From Bacilli bacterium (GTDB lineage: Bacteria > Bacillota_I > Bacilli_A > RF39 > UBA660): a stretch of 64,000 nt of DNA. The stretch covers positions 6,034 to 70,033 of the forward strand of contig JAFRAK010000028.1 in assembly GCA_017405445.1 (NCBI GenBank). Direction: 5' to 3'. Made by a program: the position numbers and the translations under genes. Numbering within the stretch: the stretch's first letter is position 1; each line of letters starts with the position of its first letter. The notes under the pieces are model-generated. The model saw nothing but the letters and a program-made list of their open reading frames with translations. It had not been told where the DNA came from and did not search any database. Positions 1-9,618 of this stretch are shown in pieces.

Positions 1-1
1 T

Positions 2-226
2 TGTGTCATTACATTTCATTCATTAGAAGATAGGCTTGTAAAAAATTTGTTTAAAGAAAAGACAGAAATCGATGAAAAAGTAAAAGGTATGCCAAATATT
101 CCTGAGGAGTATTTGCCTGACTTTAGATTGGTCAATCATAAACCAATAGAAGCACAAGACGAGGAATTACAACAAAATCCGCGTTCCAGAAGTGCTAAAC
201 TAAGAGTAATTGAAAGAATAAAATAG
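2..226 (+). CDS. rsmH: RsmH (MraW) 16S rRNA m4C1402 methyltransferase, C-terminal fragment; 5' end outside the window
   Basis: Frame 2 reads [20 protein letters not shown]...[18 protein letters not shown] then TAG at 224-226. FHSLEDR-VK and RSRSAKLR are conserved RsmH C-terminal motifs. It sits directly upstream of ftsL and a class B PBP, as in dcw clusters. Confidence 0.8.
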   Translation, partial: CVITFHSLEDRLVKNLFKEKTEIDEKVKGMPNIPEEYLPDFRLVNHKPIEAQDEELQQNPRSRSAKLRVIERIK

Positions 227-234
227 GAGGAATT

Positions 235-537
235 ATGAGTAAAAAGAAGAAGAAAAAAGAAACAACTTCAAAATTTGAAAGATTGTTATATACGATCGCA
301 ATTCTTTTATTAGTGGCTGCACCAGTTTCTATCGTTTTCTCAAAAGCCACCTTATCCAAAGTAAATTTTGAAGTAGAAAAACAAAAGAAAGAAATAGAAG
401 CACAGAAAAAAACAAATGAATCTCTAGCAATGACAATCGATGAACTTGCTTCTCTAGCAAAAATTCAAGAAGTTGCAGAGCAACAAGGATTGAGTTATAA
501 TAATAGTAATATCAAGGTAGTTGCTGAAGAAAGTTAA
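235..537 (+). CDS. ftsL: FtsL-like cell division protein (small bitopic membrane protein)
   Basis: 100 aa with a basic N-terminus, one TM helix (LLYTIAILLLVAAPVSIVF) and a K/E-rich coiled-coil-like tail. AGGAGG lies 6 nt upstream. The call rests mainly on position between rsmH and the PBP; the sequence itself is not diagnostic. Confidence 0.6.
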   Translation: MSKKKKKKETTSKFERLLYTIAILLLVAAPVSIVFSKATLSKVNFEVEKQKKEIEAQKKTNESLAMTIDELASLAKIQEVAEQQGLSYNNSNIKVVAEES

Positions 538-548
538 TCAGTTGGGAC

Positions 549-2708
549 GTGAGAAAAATGAAAAAAAAGAGAAAGGTACAAAATACAATTCGTTATTCGA
601 AAATTGTTATTTTCATTTCTCTTTTTTTATTTGTTGTAATGATTTATCGAGTAATTGAACTTGGTACTAGTGAAAAAATAGATGGAATTAATCTAAAACA
701 ATTAGCAAGTAAAAGAACAACAAGAACAGATGTAATATCTGCTCAAAGAGGAACAATTTACTCAAAAGATGGAGATGTACTTGCTCAAACTGTAGCATCC
801 TATAAATTAATTGCTTACTTAGATCCTAAAAGAACAACCAATGAAAAAAGGCCACAGCATGTAGTAGATAAAGAAGATACTGCAGAAAAATTAGCTCCAA
901 TACTTGGGATAGAAAAAGAAGAAATATTGGGTTATTTAAATAAAGAGAACGTTTATCAGACAGAATTTGGTCCAAATGGAAAAGGACTAAATGAATTAAT
1001 GAAGAAAAAAATTGATGATTTAAATTTACCTGGAATAGATTTTATTTCTACTTATAAAAGATATTATCCAAAAGGAAATTTTGCATCTTATGTTGTAGGT
1101 TATGCCAAAGAAGATGAAAAATCTAATATTTCAGGAGAAATGGGAATAGAAAAAGAATATAATACGATTCTAAAAGGAGAAGATGGGTATATTACTTATC
1201 AAAAAGATTTAAAAGGATATCGTATTGCCGATACGCAATTTGTAAAAGAAGATGCAATACAAGGAAAAGATATTTATCTAACAATAGATTCTAGTATTCA
1301 ATTCTTCGTAGAACAAGCAATAAACAATGCACATAAAGAGTATAATTGGGAATGGTTTACTATTACAATAATGGATGCTAAAACAGGAGCAATTCTCGCA
1401 ACAGCATCAGATCCAAGTTTTGATCCAAACAAAAGAAATATAACAAATTATATGGATAACTTTTGTCAAACACCATATGAACCAGGATCTACTATGAAAA
1501 CATTTACATATATGGCTGCCATGGAAAATGGTGTTTATGATGGGAATGAAACTTATAAATCAGGTACATATGTAACATCAGATGGAACTGAAATAGGAGA
1601 CTGGAATCGTAATGGATGGGGTTATATTACATTCGATACTGGATATGCTTATAGTAGTAACGTTGGAGTAATTAATATAATCACAAAACATATGAATAGC
1701 ACTATGTTAAGACAATATTTCAAGAAACTAGGTTTTGGTAAAAAAACAGGTATTGAACTACCAAATGAAAATAAAGGAAAACTAGATTTTAGATATGAAA
1801 CAGAAATCTTAAACGCTGGATTTGGACAAGGTATTTTAACTACTCCAGTTCAAAATGTCAAAGCACTAACTCCTCTTACTAATGATGGAATCCTACTAGA
1901 ACCATATCTAGTAGAAAAAATAGTAGATTCTGAAACAGGAGAAGTTACTTTAGAAAACAAAAGAACAGAAATAGAGCGAGTTGCATCAACAACTACTGTC
2001 CAAAAAATGATTCAATTAATGGATACAACTGTAAATGTCCCAGGTTTTACGGGAAGTGGATATCGCATAGATGGAGGAGAACTAATTGGTAAAACTGGTA
2101 CTGCCCAAATTGCCAATGAAAATGGAGGAGGATATTTAAATGGACAAGAAGATATTATTTCTTCTTTCTCAGGTATTTATCCAAAGAGTAATCCTCAAGT
2201 AATTATCTATGCATCTATTAAAAGACCAAGTGGTGGTAGTCAAAAATCAGTTAGTAATGCGATTAAAGAAATTGTACATAATATTTCTAAATACTATGGA
2301 AATAGTGATTCAGTCACAACGACGATAAATATTAAAAAATATACAATACCAAGTTTTATTAATAAAAAAATAGATACTGTTAAAACAACTCTTGATATCA
2401 ATGCTATACATTATATTGTTTTAGGTTCTGGAAATAAAGTTGTAAAACAAACACCAAATGCCAATACTACAATTACAAATCAAGATACAATTTACTTAAT
2501 CACAAATGATTCAACAATTAAAGTACCAAATATAGTTGGACAATCTACCAAAGTAGCTGCTAATTTACTAATGCAATTAGGAATAAAAGTAAATATGGAT
2601 GGAGTAGGATATGTTGTATCACAATCAGTCCCAGAAGGTACTGATATTACTCCAGGATTAGAAATAACTATAAATTCTTCACCAAGATTTGCACAAGATG
2701 GTTCATAA
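549..2708 (+). CDS. Class B penicillin-binding protein (PBP2B/FtsI-type transpeptidase) with two C-terminal PASTA repeats
   Basis: N-terminal TM anchor. Transpeptidase motifs occur in order: STMK (SxxK), SSN (SxN), KTGTA (KTG). Two PASTA-like repeats at the C-terminus (IPSFINKKIDTV..., VPNIVGQSTKVAANLL...). The start could be GTG 549 or ATG 558. Confidence 0.9.
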   Translation: MRKMKKKRKVQNTIRYSKIVIFISLFLFVVMIYRVIELGTSEKIDGINLKQLASKRTTRTDVISAQRGTIYSKDGDVLAQTVASYKLIAYLDPKRTTNEKRPQHVVDKEDTAEKLAPILGIEKEEILGYLNKENVYQTEFGPNGKGLNELMKKKIDDLNLPGIDFISTYKRYYPKGNFASYVVGYAKEDEKSNISGEMGIEKEYNTILKGEDGYITYQKDLKGYRIADTQFVKEDAIQGKDIYLTIDSSIQFFVEQAINNAHKEYNWEWFTITIMDAKTGAILATASDPSFDPNKRNITNYMDNFCQTPYEPGSTMKTFTYMAAMENGVYDGNETYKSGTYVTSDGTEIGDWNRNGWGYITFDTGYAYSSNVGVINIITKHMNSTMLRQYFKKLGFGKKTGIELPNENKGKLDFRYETEILNAGFGQGILTTPVQNVKALTPLTNDGILLEPYLVEKIVDSETGEVTLENKRTEIERVASTTTVQKMIQLMDTTVNVPGFTGSGYRIDGGELIGKTGTAQIANENGGGYLNGQEDIISSFSGIYPKSNPQVIIYASIKRPSGGSQKSVSNAIKEIVHNISKYYGNSDSVTTTINIKKYTIPSFINKKIDTVKTTLDINAIHYIVLGSGNKVVKQTPNANTTITNQDTIYLITNDSTIKVPNIVGQSTKVAANLLMQLGIKVNMDGVGYVVSQSVPEGTDITPGLEITINSSPRFAQDGS

Positions 2709-2710
2709 TA

Positions 2711-2719
2711 TGATATAAT
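2711..2719 (+). promoter_or_regulatory. Putative extended -10 box TGaTATAAT upstream of the 2744 gene
   Basis: Exact TG-n-TATAAT, 24 nt before ATG 2744. No clear -35. Sequence match only. Confidence 0.35.
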
Positions 2720-2743
2720 TTAAAATAGGAAGGAGCTGTAATA

Positions 2744-3277
2744 ATGAATCAATTTATTCGAATTAAGAATATAGTGATGATTATGTTATGCGTTGCAGTA
2801 ATTATGATGGCTGCAGGATATGTAGTATTATCAATGCAACTTGATAATTTGAAACAACAAAAATCATCTTTTGCAGTATCCTTTATTAATGCCAAAAAAA
2901 TCTCATCTATTAAAGGTGGAACAAAGGAACCAATAGGAGAATTAAAAATTGATAAAACAGGAAAAGTAATCGGCATGAATTTTGTATTATACGAAGTACA
3001 TGATGAAATAGATTATGAAATAACAGTAAAAAACAGTGGCACGATGAGTGCATCTATTATGGATTTATTAGTAACTCCAGATTTTACAGATAATACAATT
3101 ATGAAAACATATAGTCCAATCTCAATGCAAGTATCAAGTATTGGAGGAAGAATCTTAGAACCAGGAGAAGAAACAACTGTAAAATTATCTGTATTTTATA
3201 GTAATACAGAAAGTGAATCAACAATGAAAAAAATATCAGGAAAAATAGGTTTACTAGCAGAATCTGCAGAAGAATAA
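2744..3277 (+). CDS. Signal-anchored protein consisting of one copy of the beta-rich module shared with the 5252 and 35334 proteins
   Basis: 177 aa, SD GGAAGGAG, one N-terminal TM helix. Three blocks align with the 5252 protein: FAVSFINAKKI/WDIHFNNIQIN, YEITVKNSGTM/YEFTVDVVNAGTI, ILEPGEETTVKLSVFY/LLEAGETLTYKVRLEF. Confidence 0.7.
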   Translation: MNQFIRIKNIVMIMLCVAVIMMAAGYVVLSMQLDNLKQQKSSFAVSFINAKKISSIKGGTKEPIGELKIDKTGKVIGMNFVLYEVHDEIDYEITVKNSGTMSASIMDLLVTPDFTDNTIMKTYSPISMQVSSIGGRILEPGEETTVKLSVFYSNTESESTMKKISGKIGLLAESAEE

Positions 3278-3298
3278 AATAATAGAAGGAGTAGTATC

Positions 3299-4675
3299 AT
3301 GATAAAAAAATTTTTTAGTAGTTTAATCAAAAAAGCATTCCTATTATTATTTTTCGCAATTGCAGTAATAATCATTGTAATAGGATTTCATTTTAATACA
3401 ATTTCTAAAAAACATTATATTGTATCTAAAACAATCTCTACAGTAGGAAATCAAGTATATCAATTTTTTAATATTAGTAATCAATATGACTTTGAAGATG
3501 ATTTCCAAGTAAAAAGTACTATTAAAACAAATTTAACTTCAGAAGAATTTGAAGAAAAGTCTTATAGTGATCCAGAGTATTATAAAAAAAGTAGTTTCAT
3601 TAAAAATCTAACTGACATGAATACTGATGTTACTTTAATACAAAGTAAAAAAGATAATAAATTACTTGGAAGTATTCATGAAAAAATAGGAGAAGAAGTA
3701 ATACTAAATGGTAAGTATTATGTAGAAAATGCAACAAAGTATTATATTATAAATGGAATATTTGATAATTATGTAAATGGAGGGAATTCTACTTATTTTG
3801 AAACATTAAAAAAAGATCAAACAACAAAAGATAATATGGATTATTTATATAATTATTTTTTGAATTCATTAGAAAATAGTATATATGAAGAAGAATTAAA
3901 TAGAGATGCTGCAGAAATAACTATAAATAATGAAAAACTACAAGTAGAACAAATTTCCTTAAGAATAACAGATAATTATCTAAAAGAAATACAAAAAAGA
4001 GTACTAAAAAGTTTAAAAAAAGATGAAAGAGCAAGATTAATCATCACAAGTTTTTATGAAGACTTTGATAAAGTAAAAATTAATGAAGAAAATAAAATAT
4101 TAAAAGATAAAGAAAGTTATATATTAAATATTTATGTAAGAAAGTTATGGTATACTCCTATAAAATTTGAAGTAATCCATACAAAAGATGATACAAAAGA
4201 AGTATATACATTTGAAGGGAATCAAAATACAGGACTATTCTATTATTCTAAGAATAATGAATTAAAATATACTGCAAATATTGAATCATCACCAAAATTA
4301 ACAGAAGTACTAGTATATGATGAAAAAAAAGAAACAAAAGGATTTATAAAAGTAGAGAAAGCAACTAGTAGTACAGCATTTAATATGAATTTACAATTAG
4401 ATCCAAAGTCTTATGAAATATCTTATACTTGTATTTATAAGAATTATCAAAAGAATAATTCTTATACAAAGGAAGATAATTTATCTTTAAAATTATTAAA
4501 TGAAGGTAAAACAACTTTATCAGGAAGTATTAATATAATATCTGATATATCAAAATCATTTAGATTTACAGAAAGTATAGAAAATTCTATATTAAAGAGT
4601 ACTATTAGTGATGATCAAAATAATAGATTAAATAATTTATATCAAGATGTAAAAGCAAGATTAGAAAGGAGATAA
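3299..4675 (+). CDS. Hypothetical membrane-anchored protein (N-terminal TM, large N/K/E/Y-rich extracytoplasmic part)
   Basis: 458-aa ORF with SD GAAGGAG and TM helix AFLLLFFAIAVIIIVIGF. I recognise no motif. Tightly packed with its neighbours (21-nt and 4-nt gaps). Confidence 0.6.
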   Translation: MIKKFFSSLIKKAFLLLFFAIAVIIIVIGFHFNTISKKHYIVSKTISTVGNQVYQFFNISNQYDFEDDFQVKSTIKTNLTSEEFEEKSYSDPEYYKKSSFIKNLTDMNTDVTLIQSKKDNKLLGSIHEKIGEEVILNGKYYVENATKYYIINGIFDNYVNGGNSTYFETLKKDQTTKDNMDYLYNYFLNSLENSIYEEELNRDAAEITINNEKLQVEQISLRITDNYLKEIQKRVLKSLKKDERARLIITSFYEDFDKVKINEENKILKDKESYILNIYVRKLWYTPIKFEVIHTKDDTKEVYTFEGNQNTGLFYYSKNNELKYTANIESSPKLTEVLVYDEKKETKGFIKVEKATSSTAFNMNLQLDPKSYEISYTCIYKNYQKNNSYTKEDNLSLKLLNEGKTTLSGSINIISDISKSFRFTESIENSILKSTISDDQNNRLNNLYQDVKARLERR

Positions 4676-4679
4676 GTTT

Positions 4680-5189
4680 ATGACTAAGAAAAAGAAAAAT
4701 GAAAACAATATTGAAAAATTTAAAAAATTTGTAACATCATATTCCTTTCTATATGGTTTATTTGCTTTTTTACTAGTATTAGTAATTATTTTAGGAATTG
4801 TAGTATTTATAAAAGGAAAAGAGAAAAAAGAAACTACTGCTAATATGGTAATACCGATTTTGACTCAAGGCTCTCATAATAGTATGAGGATTAATTTATA
4901 TTCACTAAAAGATAATGATTATATTATAAAAGTAACAAACTTTAGAGGAAATGAAACCAATGAAAATAATGTTAATTATTCTGTAACATTAACAAATGAT
5001 TCAAATTCAAACATTGAGGTAACAAAAGATCAAGAAAAAGAGAACTTAATGATTGATCAAAATGCAACAAGAATAGAAAATCAATCTCTTACAGGTAAGA
5101 AAAAAGAAACAGCAATTTACCATATACATTTAGCTGAACATGCAAAACCTTCTGAAGGAGATTATGTTACAGTAGAAATAGTTAGTTAA
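4680..5189 (+). CDS. Hypothetical signal-anchored small protein, possibly a divergent copy of the same beta-rich module
   Basis: 169 aa with SD AGGAG inside the end of the upstream gene and TM helix FLYGLFAFLLVLVIILGIVVFI. Weak pattern similarity only (DYIIKVTNFRGNE; GKKKETAIYHIHLAE versus GETLTYKVRLEF). Confidence 0.55.
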   Translation: MTKKKKNENNIEKFKKFVTSYSFLYGLFAFLLVLVIILGIVVFIKGKEKKETTANMVIPILTQGSHNSMRINLYSLKDNDYIIKVTNFRGNETNENNVNYSVTLTNDSNSNIEVTKDQEKENLMIDQNATRIENQSLTGKKKETAIYHIHLAEHAKPSEGDYVTVEIVS

Positions 5190-5215
5190 AAGATTAAGAA
5201 ATTAATCTTTTTTTA
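5190..5215 (+). terminator. Rho-independent terminator after the 2744-5189 gene trio
   Basis: AAGATTAA (5190-5197) / GAAA loop / TTAATCTT (5202-5209), followed by a T-run. Confidence 0.6.
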
Positions 5216-5251
5216 TTTAATAAATTTGATATAATTATAATAGGTGATAGT

Positions 5252-7243
5252 ATGAATCGTAGAAATCAAAAAATCACAACTTATTTTGTAATACTTAGTT
5301 TATTAGTAATAGGTATAGTATATGCAATTCTACAAGCTAATCTTCAAATAAATGGTATTGCGAAGATTAAATCAAATACTTGGGATATTCATTTTAACAA
5401 TATCCAAATCAATAATGATTCTGTATCTATTGGTACAGGAGATTCTCCCGCAACAATAGATCCAAATGATACTAGTAAAGTTGATTTTTCTGTTACTTTA
5501 TCTACTCCAGGAGACTTCTATGAATTTACTGTTGATGTAGTAAACGCAGGAACAATTGATGGAATGATTGAATTATTAACACAAGAGATGAAAGTAAATA
5601 ATGAAGTAGTACAAGAAACACCAAATTATTTAAATTATATTGTTACTTATGAAGATGATTCTTCCATTTTACTAAAACACTTATTAGAAGCCGGAGAAAC
5701 ATTAACATATAAAGTAAGATTAGAGTTCAAAACAGATATAGAAGAGTTACCTGAGGCCGCAACAATCAACTCTTCATTTGGAGTACAATTTGTACAAGCA
5801 GATGATACCGCAATAAAAAAACTTCCATATTATGCTTGTACTTTTGATGGAGAATTAGTACAAGGAGCAGAATATACAAATGGACAATATACATACAGGT
5901 ATATGCAAGAAGTGACTTATTATGATTCTAATACTAATGTAGTTACATGGAGTAATATCTCGTCAGACGGATGGGGAGTTCATTTATCAGACCCTACCTC
6001 AACAGAACCAGTTACCACAAAACTATGTACTTCTATCAATGATAAACCAATTGTATCTATGAAATATATGTTTCAAAAATCAAAAACTACAAACATTGAT
6101 ATTAGTAGTTTTGATACTAGTAATGTTACCAATATGGCTTATATGTTTTCTAACTGTAGTAGTTTAACAAATATTGACGTATCTAGTTTTAATACATCAA
6201 GTGTAACAAATATGGGTGGGATGTTTCAAAATTGTAGTAGTTTAATAGAGTTAGATTTAAGTAATTTTGATTTTAGAAATTATAATCTAGGATCTTTAAT
6301 GATGCAACTTTCAGGAGGCTTTTCAAAATTGAAAATACTTAATATGACTGGTGCTAAATTACCTTCTAATCTTACTTATGCGTTTGGAGGATTAAGTACT
6401 GTAGAACAGATAATTTTAGATGATGTAGATACATCTTTAGTAACTAATATGTCTGCTATGTTTAATGGATGCAGTAATTTATTAGATATAGATGTAACAA
6501 ATTTTGATACTTCTAATGTAACTAATATGTCTTATATGTTTTCAAGTTGTAGTAGTTTAGCAAGCATTAATGTAGTAAATTTTGATACATCTAAAGTAAC
6601 AGATATGTCTGGAATGTTTTCAGGTTGTAGTAGTTTAGCAAGCATTAATGTAATAAATTTTGATACATCTAAAGTAACAGATATGTCTGGAATGTTTTCA
6701 GGTTGTAGTAGTTTAACAGAATTAGATTTAAGTGGTTTTGATTTAAGAGCTAGTAATTCATTTGGTTCAATTGCAGCTGGTATTTTTAATGGAACTTCTT
6801 CTTTAAAAAAATTAAATCTAAGTAATATGAAACTTCCTTCAGATATGTCTCATGTTATATTTAGAAATGGTGCAGCAAGTTCTTCACCAATAGAAGAAAT
6901 CGATGTTACTGGATGGGATTTAAGTAATACTACAAATGTTTCTGGAATGTTTGCTGCAAATGGATCTAATGGATTAGGGGGATCAGGTTTAAAAAGAATC
7001 ATTGGACTTGATACCTGGGATACTTCACATATTACAAATATGTCTCAAATGTTTCAAGGACTATCTTCTTTAACAACATTAGATTTAAGTAGTTTTAATA
7101 CAAGTAATGTTACTAATAGTGATGATATGTTTAAAAATTGTACTTCTTTAACTACAGGTTATGCTAGAACGAGTGCTGATGCAACCATGTTTAATAATTC
7201 AACTAATAAACCTAGTAATATTACTTTTGTTGTAAAAAGTTAG
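5252..7243 (+). CDS. Surface protein: signal anchor + shared N-terminal beta-rich module + BspA-type / DUF285-like leucine-rich repeat array
   Basis: 663 aa. The C-terminal ~380 aa hold about a dozen ~26-aa repeats of the form FDTSNVTNMSxMFxxCSSLxxIDVSxF, the Mycoplasma DUF285/BspA LRR signature. The N-terminal ~190 aa are paralogous to the 35334 protein (ILQANLQINGIAKIK is identical). Confidence 0.85.
   Translation: MNRRNQKITTYFVILSLLVIGIVYAILQANLQINGIAKIKSNTWDIHFNNIQINNDSVSIGTGDSPATIDPNDTSKVDFSVTLSTPGDFYEFTVDVVNAGTIDGMIELLTQEMKVNNEVVQETPNYLNYIVTYEDDSSILLKHLLEAGETLTYKVRLEFKTDIEELPEAATINSSFGVQFVQADDTAIKKLPYYACTFDGELVQGAEYTNGQYTYRYMQEVTYYDSNTNVVTWSNISSDGWGVHLSDPTSTEPVTTKLCTSINDKPIVSMKYMFQKSKTTNIDISSFDTSNVTNMAYMFSNCSSLTNIDVSSFNTSSVTNMGGMFQNCSSLIELDLSNFDFRNYNLGSLMMQLSGGFSKLKILNMTGAKLPSNLTYAFGGLSTVEQIILDDVDTSLVTNMSAMFNGCSNLLDIDVTNFDTSNVTNMSYMFSSCSSLASINVVNFDTSKVTDMSGMFSGCSSLASINVINFDTSKVTDMSGMFSGCSSLTELDLSGFDLRASNSFGSIAAGIFNGTSSLKKLNLSNMKLPSDMSHVIFRNGAASSSPIEEIDVTGWDLSNTTNVSGMFAANGSNGLGGSGLKRIIGLDTWDTSHITNMSQMFQGLSSLTTLDLSSFNTSNVTNSDDMFKNCTSLTTGYARTSADATMFNNSTNKPSNITFVVKS
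6548..6703 (+). repeat. Two near-identical tandem 78-bp units (26-aa LRR unit SLASINV(V/I)NFDTSKVTDMSGMFSGCS) inside the LRR array
   Basis: Unit 1 (6548-6625) and unit 2 (6626-6703) differ at one position (gtagtaaat versus gtaataaat). Flanking units are much more diverged. Confidence 0.9.
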
Positions 7244-7265
7244 ACTTCGAAAGAAGTCTTTTTCT
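7242..7265 (+). terminator. Rho-independent terminator after the LRR protein gene
   Basis: AGACTTC (7242-7248) / GAAA / GAAGTCT (7253-7259), then TTTTTC. Confidence 0.7.
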
Positions 7266-7315
7266 TATACATTTGTAAAGAAAGAACAACATCTGTCTAA
7301 TAACTTGAATAAACC

Positions 7316-7345
7316 TTGTTTCTTGATAATGAGTTGTGCTATAAT
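7316..7345 (+). promoter_or_regulatory. Putative sigma-A promoter of the arc operon (TTGTTT, 18-nt spacer, TGcTATAAT)
   Basis: Extended -10 TGcTATAAT at 7337-7345 and a weak -35 TTGTTT at 7316-7321, 42 nt upstream of arcA ATG. Sequence match only. Confidence 0.4.
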
Positions 7346-7387
7346 GATATAGTAAAGAAGAATAGAGAAAGAATATAGAGGTGGATT

Positions 7388-8641
7388 ATGAAAAGTATCA
7401 ACGTAACTAGTGAAATTGGAAAACTAAAGAAAGTATTACTACACAGACCAGGAAATGAGTTGTTAAACCTTACTCCAGATAGTCTGGGAGAATTATTATT
7501 TGATGATATACCATTTTTGCCGGATGCACAAAAAGAACATGATGAATTTGCTAATGCATTAAGAGAAAATGGAGTAGAAGTCGTTTACTTAGAAGATTTA
7601 ATGGCTGAAACAATTGCCATGAATAGTGGAATACGTTCAAAGTTTATTAAACAATTCATGGAAGAAGCAGGTATTTATACAATTAAATATAAAAAATTAG
7701 TTGGTAAATATCTAGAAAGCATAGAAGATCCAAAAGAATTAGTTTTAAAAACAATGGCTGGAATTCAAGTTGGAGATATCTATGATGAAAAGAGAGACTT
7801 TGAAAAAACTTTAGTAGATTTAATTCAAACTCCAGATAAATTTTTAGCGAAACCAATGCCAAATTTATATTTTACAAGAGATAATTTTGCCAGTGTAGGA
7901 ACTGGTATAGACTTACATAGAATGTATTCTGAAACAAGAAATAGAGAAACAATCTATGCAGAATATATTTTTAAATATCATCCTGAATATTGTAATGTTG
8001 AAAAATACTATGATAGAAGTTATGACTGGCATACAGAAGGTGGAGACTTATTAAATATTAATGATAAGATTGTTGCGATTGGTATTTCTCAAAGAACACA
8101 ACCAGAAGCAATTGATCAATTAGCAAAGAATTATTTTGCATCTGAAAATTGTAAGATTGAAACAATTCTAGCATTTAATATTCCATCTAGTCGTGCATTC
8201 ATGCACTTAGATACAGTATTTACTCAAATTGATAAATATACATTTACTTATCATCCCGGTATAATGGGAACTCTTCAAGTATTTGAAATTACTGAAGGAT
8301 ATGATCCAGATACTTTTGAAGATTTAATTGTAAAAGAAATTAATGCACCACTTGATAAGATATTAGAAAAATATCTTCACCATCCAGTAAAATTAATTCC
8401 ATGTGCAGGAGGAGACAAAGTAAGTTCGGAAAGAGAACAATGGAACGATGGATCAAATACATTATGTATTGAGCCAGGAGTAGTTGTTGTATATGATCGT
8501 AATAATGTAACAAATGATGTACTTCGAAGAGAAGGAATTAAAGTAATAGAAATTCATGGAGCAGAATTATCTCGTGGACGTGGAGGTCCAAGATGTATGA
8601 GTATGCCACTGGTAAGGGAGGCTGTTGAATGGGAAGCTTAA
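7388..8641 (+). CDS. arcA: Arginine deiminase
   Basis: 417 aa. N-terminal [17 protein letters not shown] and C-terminal [12 protein letters not shown] (catalytic Cys motif) are typical of ADI. Followed by OTC and carbamate kinase genes. Confidence 0.92.
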   Translation: MKSINVTSEIGKLKKVLLHRPGNELLNLTPDSLGELLFDDIPFLPDAQKEHDEFANALRENGVEVVYLEDLMAETIAMNSGIRSKFIKQFMEEAGIYTIKYKKLVGKYLESIEDPKELVLKTMAGIQVGDIYDEKRDFEKTLVDLIQTPDKFLAKPMPNLYFTRDNFASVGTGIDLHRMYSETRNRETIYAEYIFKYHPEYCNVEKYYDRSYDWHTEGGDLLNINDKIVAIGISQRTQPEAIDQLAKNYFASENCKIETILAFNIPSSRAFMHLDTVFTQIDKYTFTYHPGIMGTLQVFEITEGYDPDTFEDLIVKEINAPLDKILEKYLHHPVKLIPCAGGDKVSSEREQWNDGSNTLCIEPGVVVVYDRNNVTNDVLRREGIKVIEIHGAELSRGRGGPRCMSMPLVREAVEWEA

Positions 8642-9618
8642 AAGGAAGAGACTTCTTAAAACTATTAGATTTTACACCGGAAGAAATTGCTCAACTATTA
8701 AGTGTCGCAATTGGATTAAAAAAGAAAAAACATAGTGGAGAACCTCATCGCTATCTAGAAGGAAAACAAATTGCCATAATCTTTGAAAAAGATTCTACAC
8801 GAACAAGATGTTCATTTGAAGTTGCTGCAAAAGATTTAGGAATGCAAGTTACTTATTTAGGACCAACGGGTTCTCAAATGGGTAAAAAAGAAACAATTGC
8901 AGATACGGCAAGAGTTCTAGCTAGTATGTATGATGGAATTGAATATCGTGGCTTTGAACAATCTATTGTTCAAGAACTTGCAGATTATTCTAAAGTTCCA
9001 GTATGGAATGGACTTACTAATGAATTTCATCCAACTCAAATGCTTGCAGATGTCATGACAATCTTTGAAGAGTTTGGAAGTATTAAAGGAAGAAAATTAG
9101 TATTCTGTGGAGATGCTAGAAATAATGTTGGAAATTCTTTGATGGTAGTATCAGCAAAATTAGGAATGCATTTCACTTGTTGTGCACCAGAAGAATTATT
9201 CCCAGAAGAAGAACTTGTAAATACTTGTCGTGAAATATGCAAAGAAACAGGTGGATCTATTACTCTAACAGAAGATATTATGGAAGGTACGAAAGATGCA
9301 GATGCCTTATATACTGATGTTTGGGTATCAATGGGAGAACCAATGGAATTATGGGAAAGTAGAATTAAACTACTTAAACCATATCAAATAAATATGGAAG
9401 TAATGAATAATGCAAAACCAGATGCAATTTTCTTACATTGTTTACCATCATTTCATAATAATGGAACGACAATAGGAAAAGAAATAGAAGAAAAATTTGG
9501 ACTAAAAGAAATGGAAGTAACAGATGAGGTTTTTGAATCATCTCACTCAAGAGTATTTGAAGAAGCAGAAAACAGAATGCATACCATTAAAGCTGTTATC
9601 TTGGAGACACTAAGATGA
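8629..9618 (+). CDS. arcB: Ornithine carbamoyltransferase (catabolic, by operon context)
   Basis: 329 aa with [13 protein letters not shown] and HCLPSFH motifs. Overlaps arcA by 13 nt and arcC by ATGA. Confidence 0.9.
   Translation: MGSLKGRDFLKLLDFTPEEIAQLLSVAIGLKKKKHSGEPHRYLEGKQIAIIFEKDSTRTRCSFEVAAKDLGMQVTYLGPTGSQMGKKETIADTARVLASMYDGIEYRGFEQSIVQELADYSKVPVWNGLTNEFHPTQMLADVMTIFEEFGSIKGRKLVFCGDARNNVGNSLMVVSAKLGMHFTCCAPEELFPEEELVNTCREICKETGGSITLTEDIMEGTKDADALYTDVWVSMGEPMELWESRIKLLKPYQINMEVMNNAKPDAIFLHCLPSFHNNGTTIGKEIEEKFGLKEMEVTDEVFESSHSRVFEEAENRMHTIKAVILETLR

Noticed and set aside
7274-7288. TGTAAAGAAAGAACA upstream of arcA as a possible Crp/Fnr-type (ArcR) or ARG-box site.
   Set aside because: Only the TGT...ACA ends fit TGTGA-N6-TCACA and the half-sites are not symmetric. 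In this AT-rich spacer that is within chance expectation.
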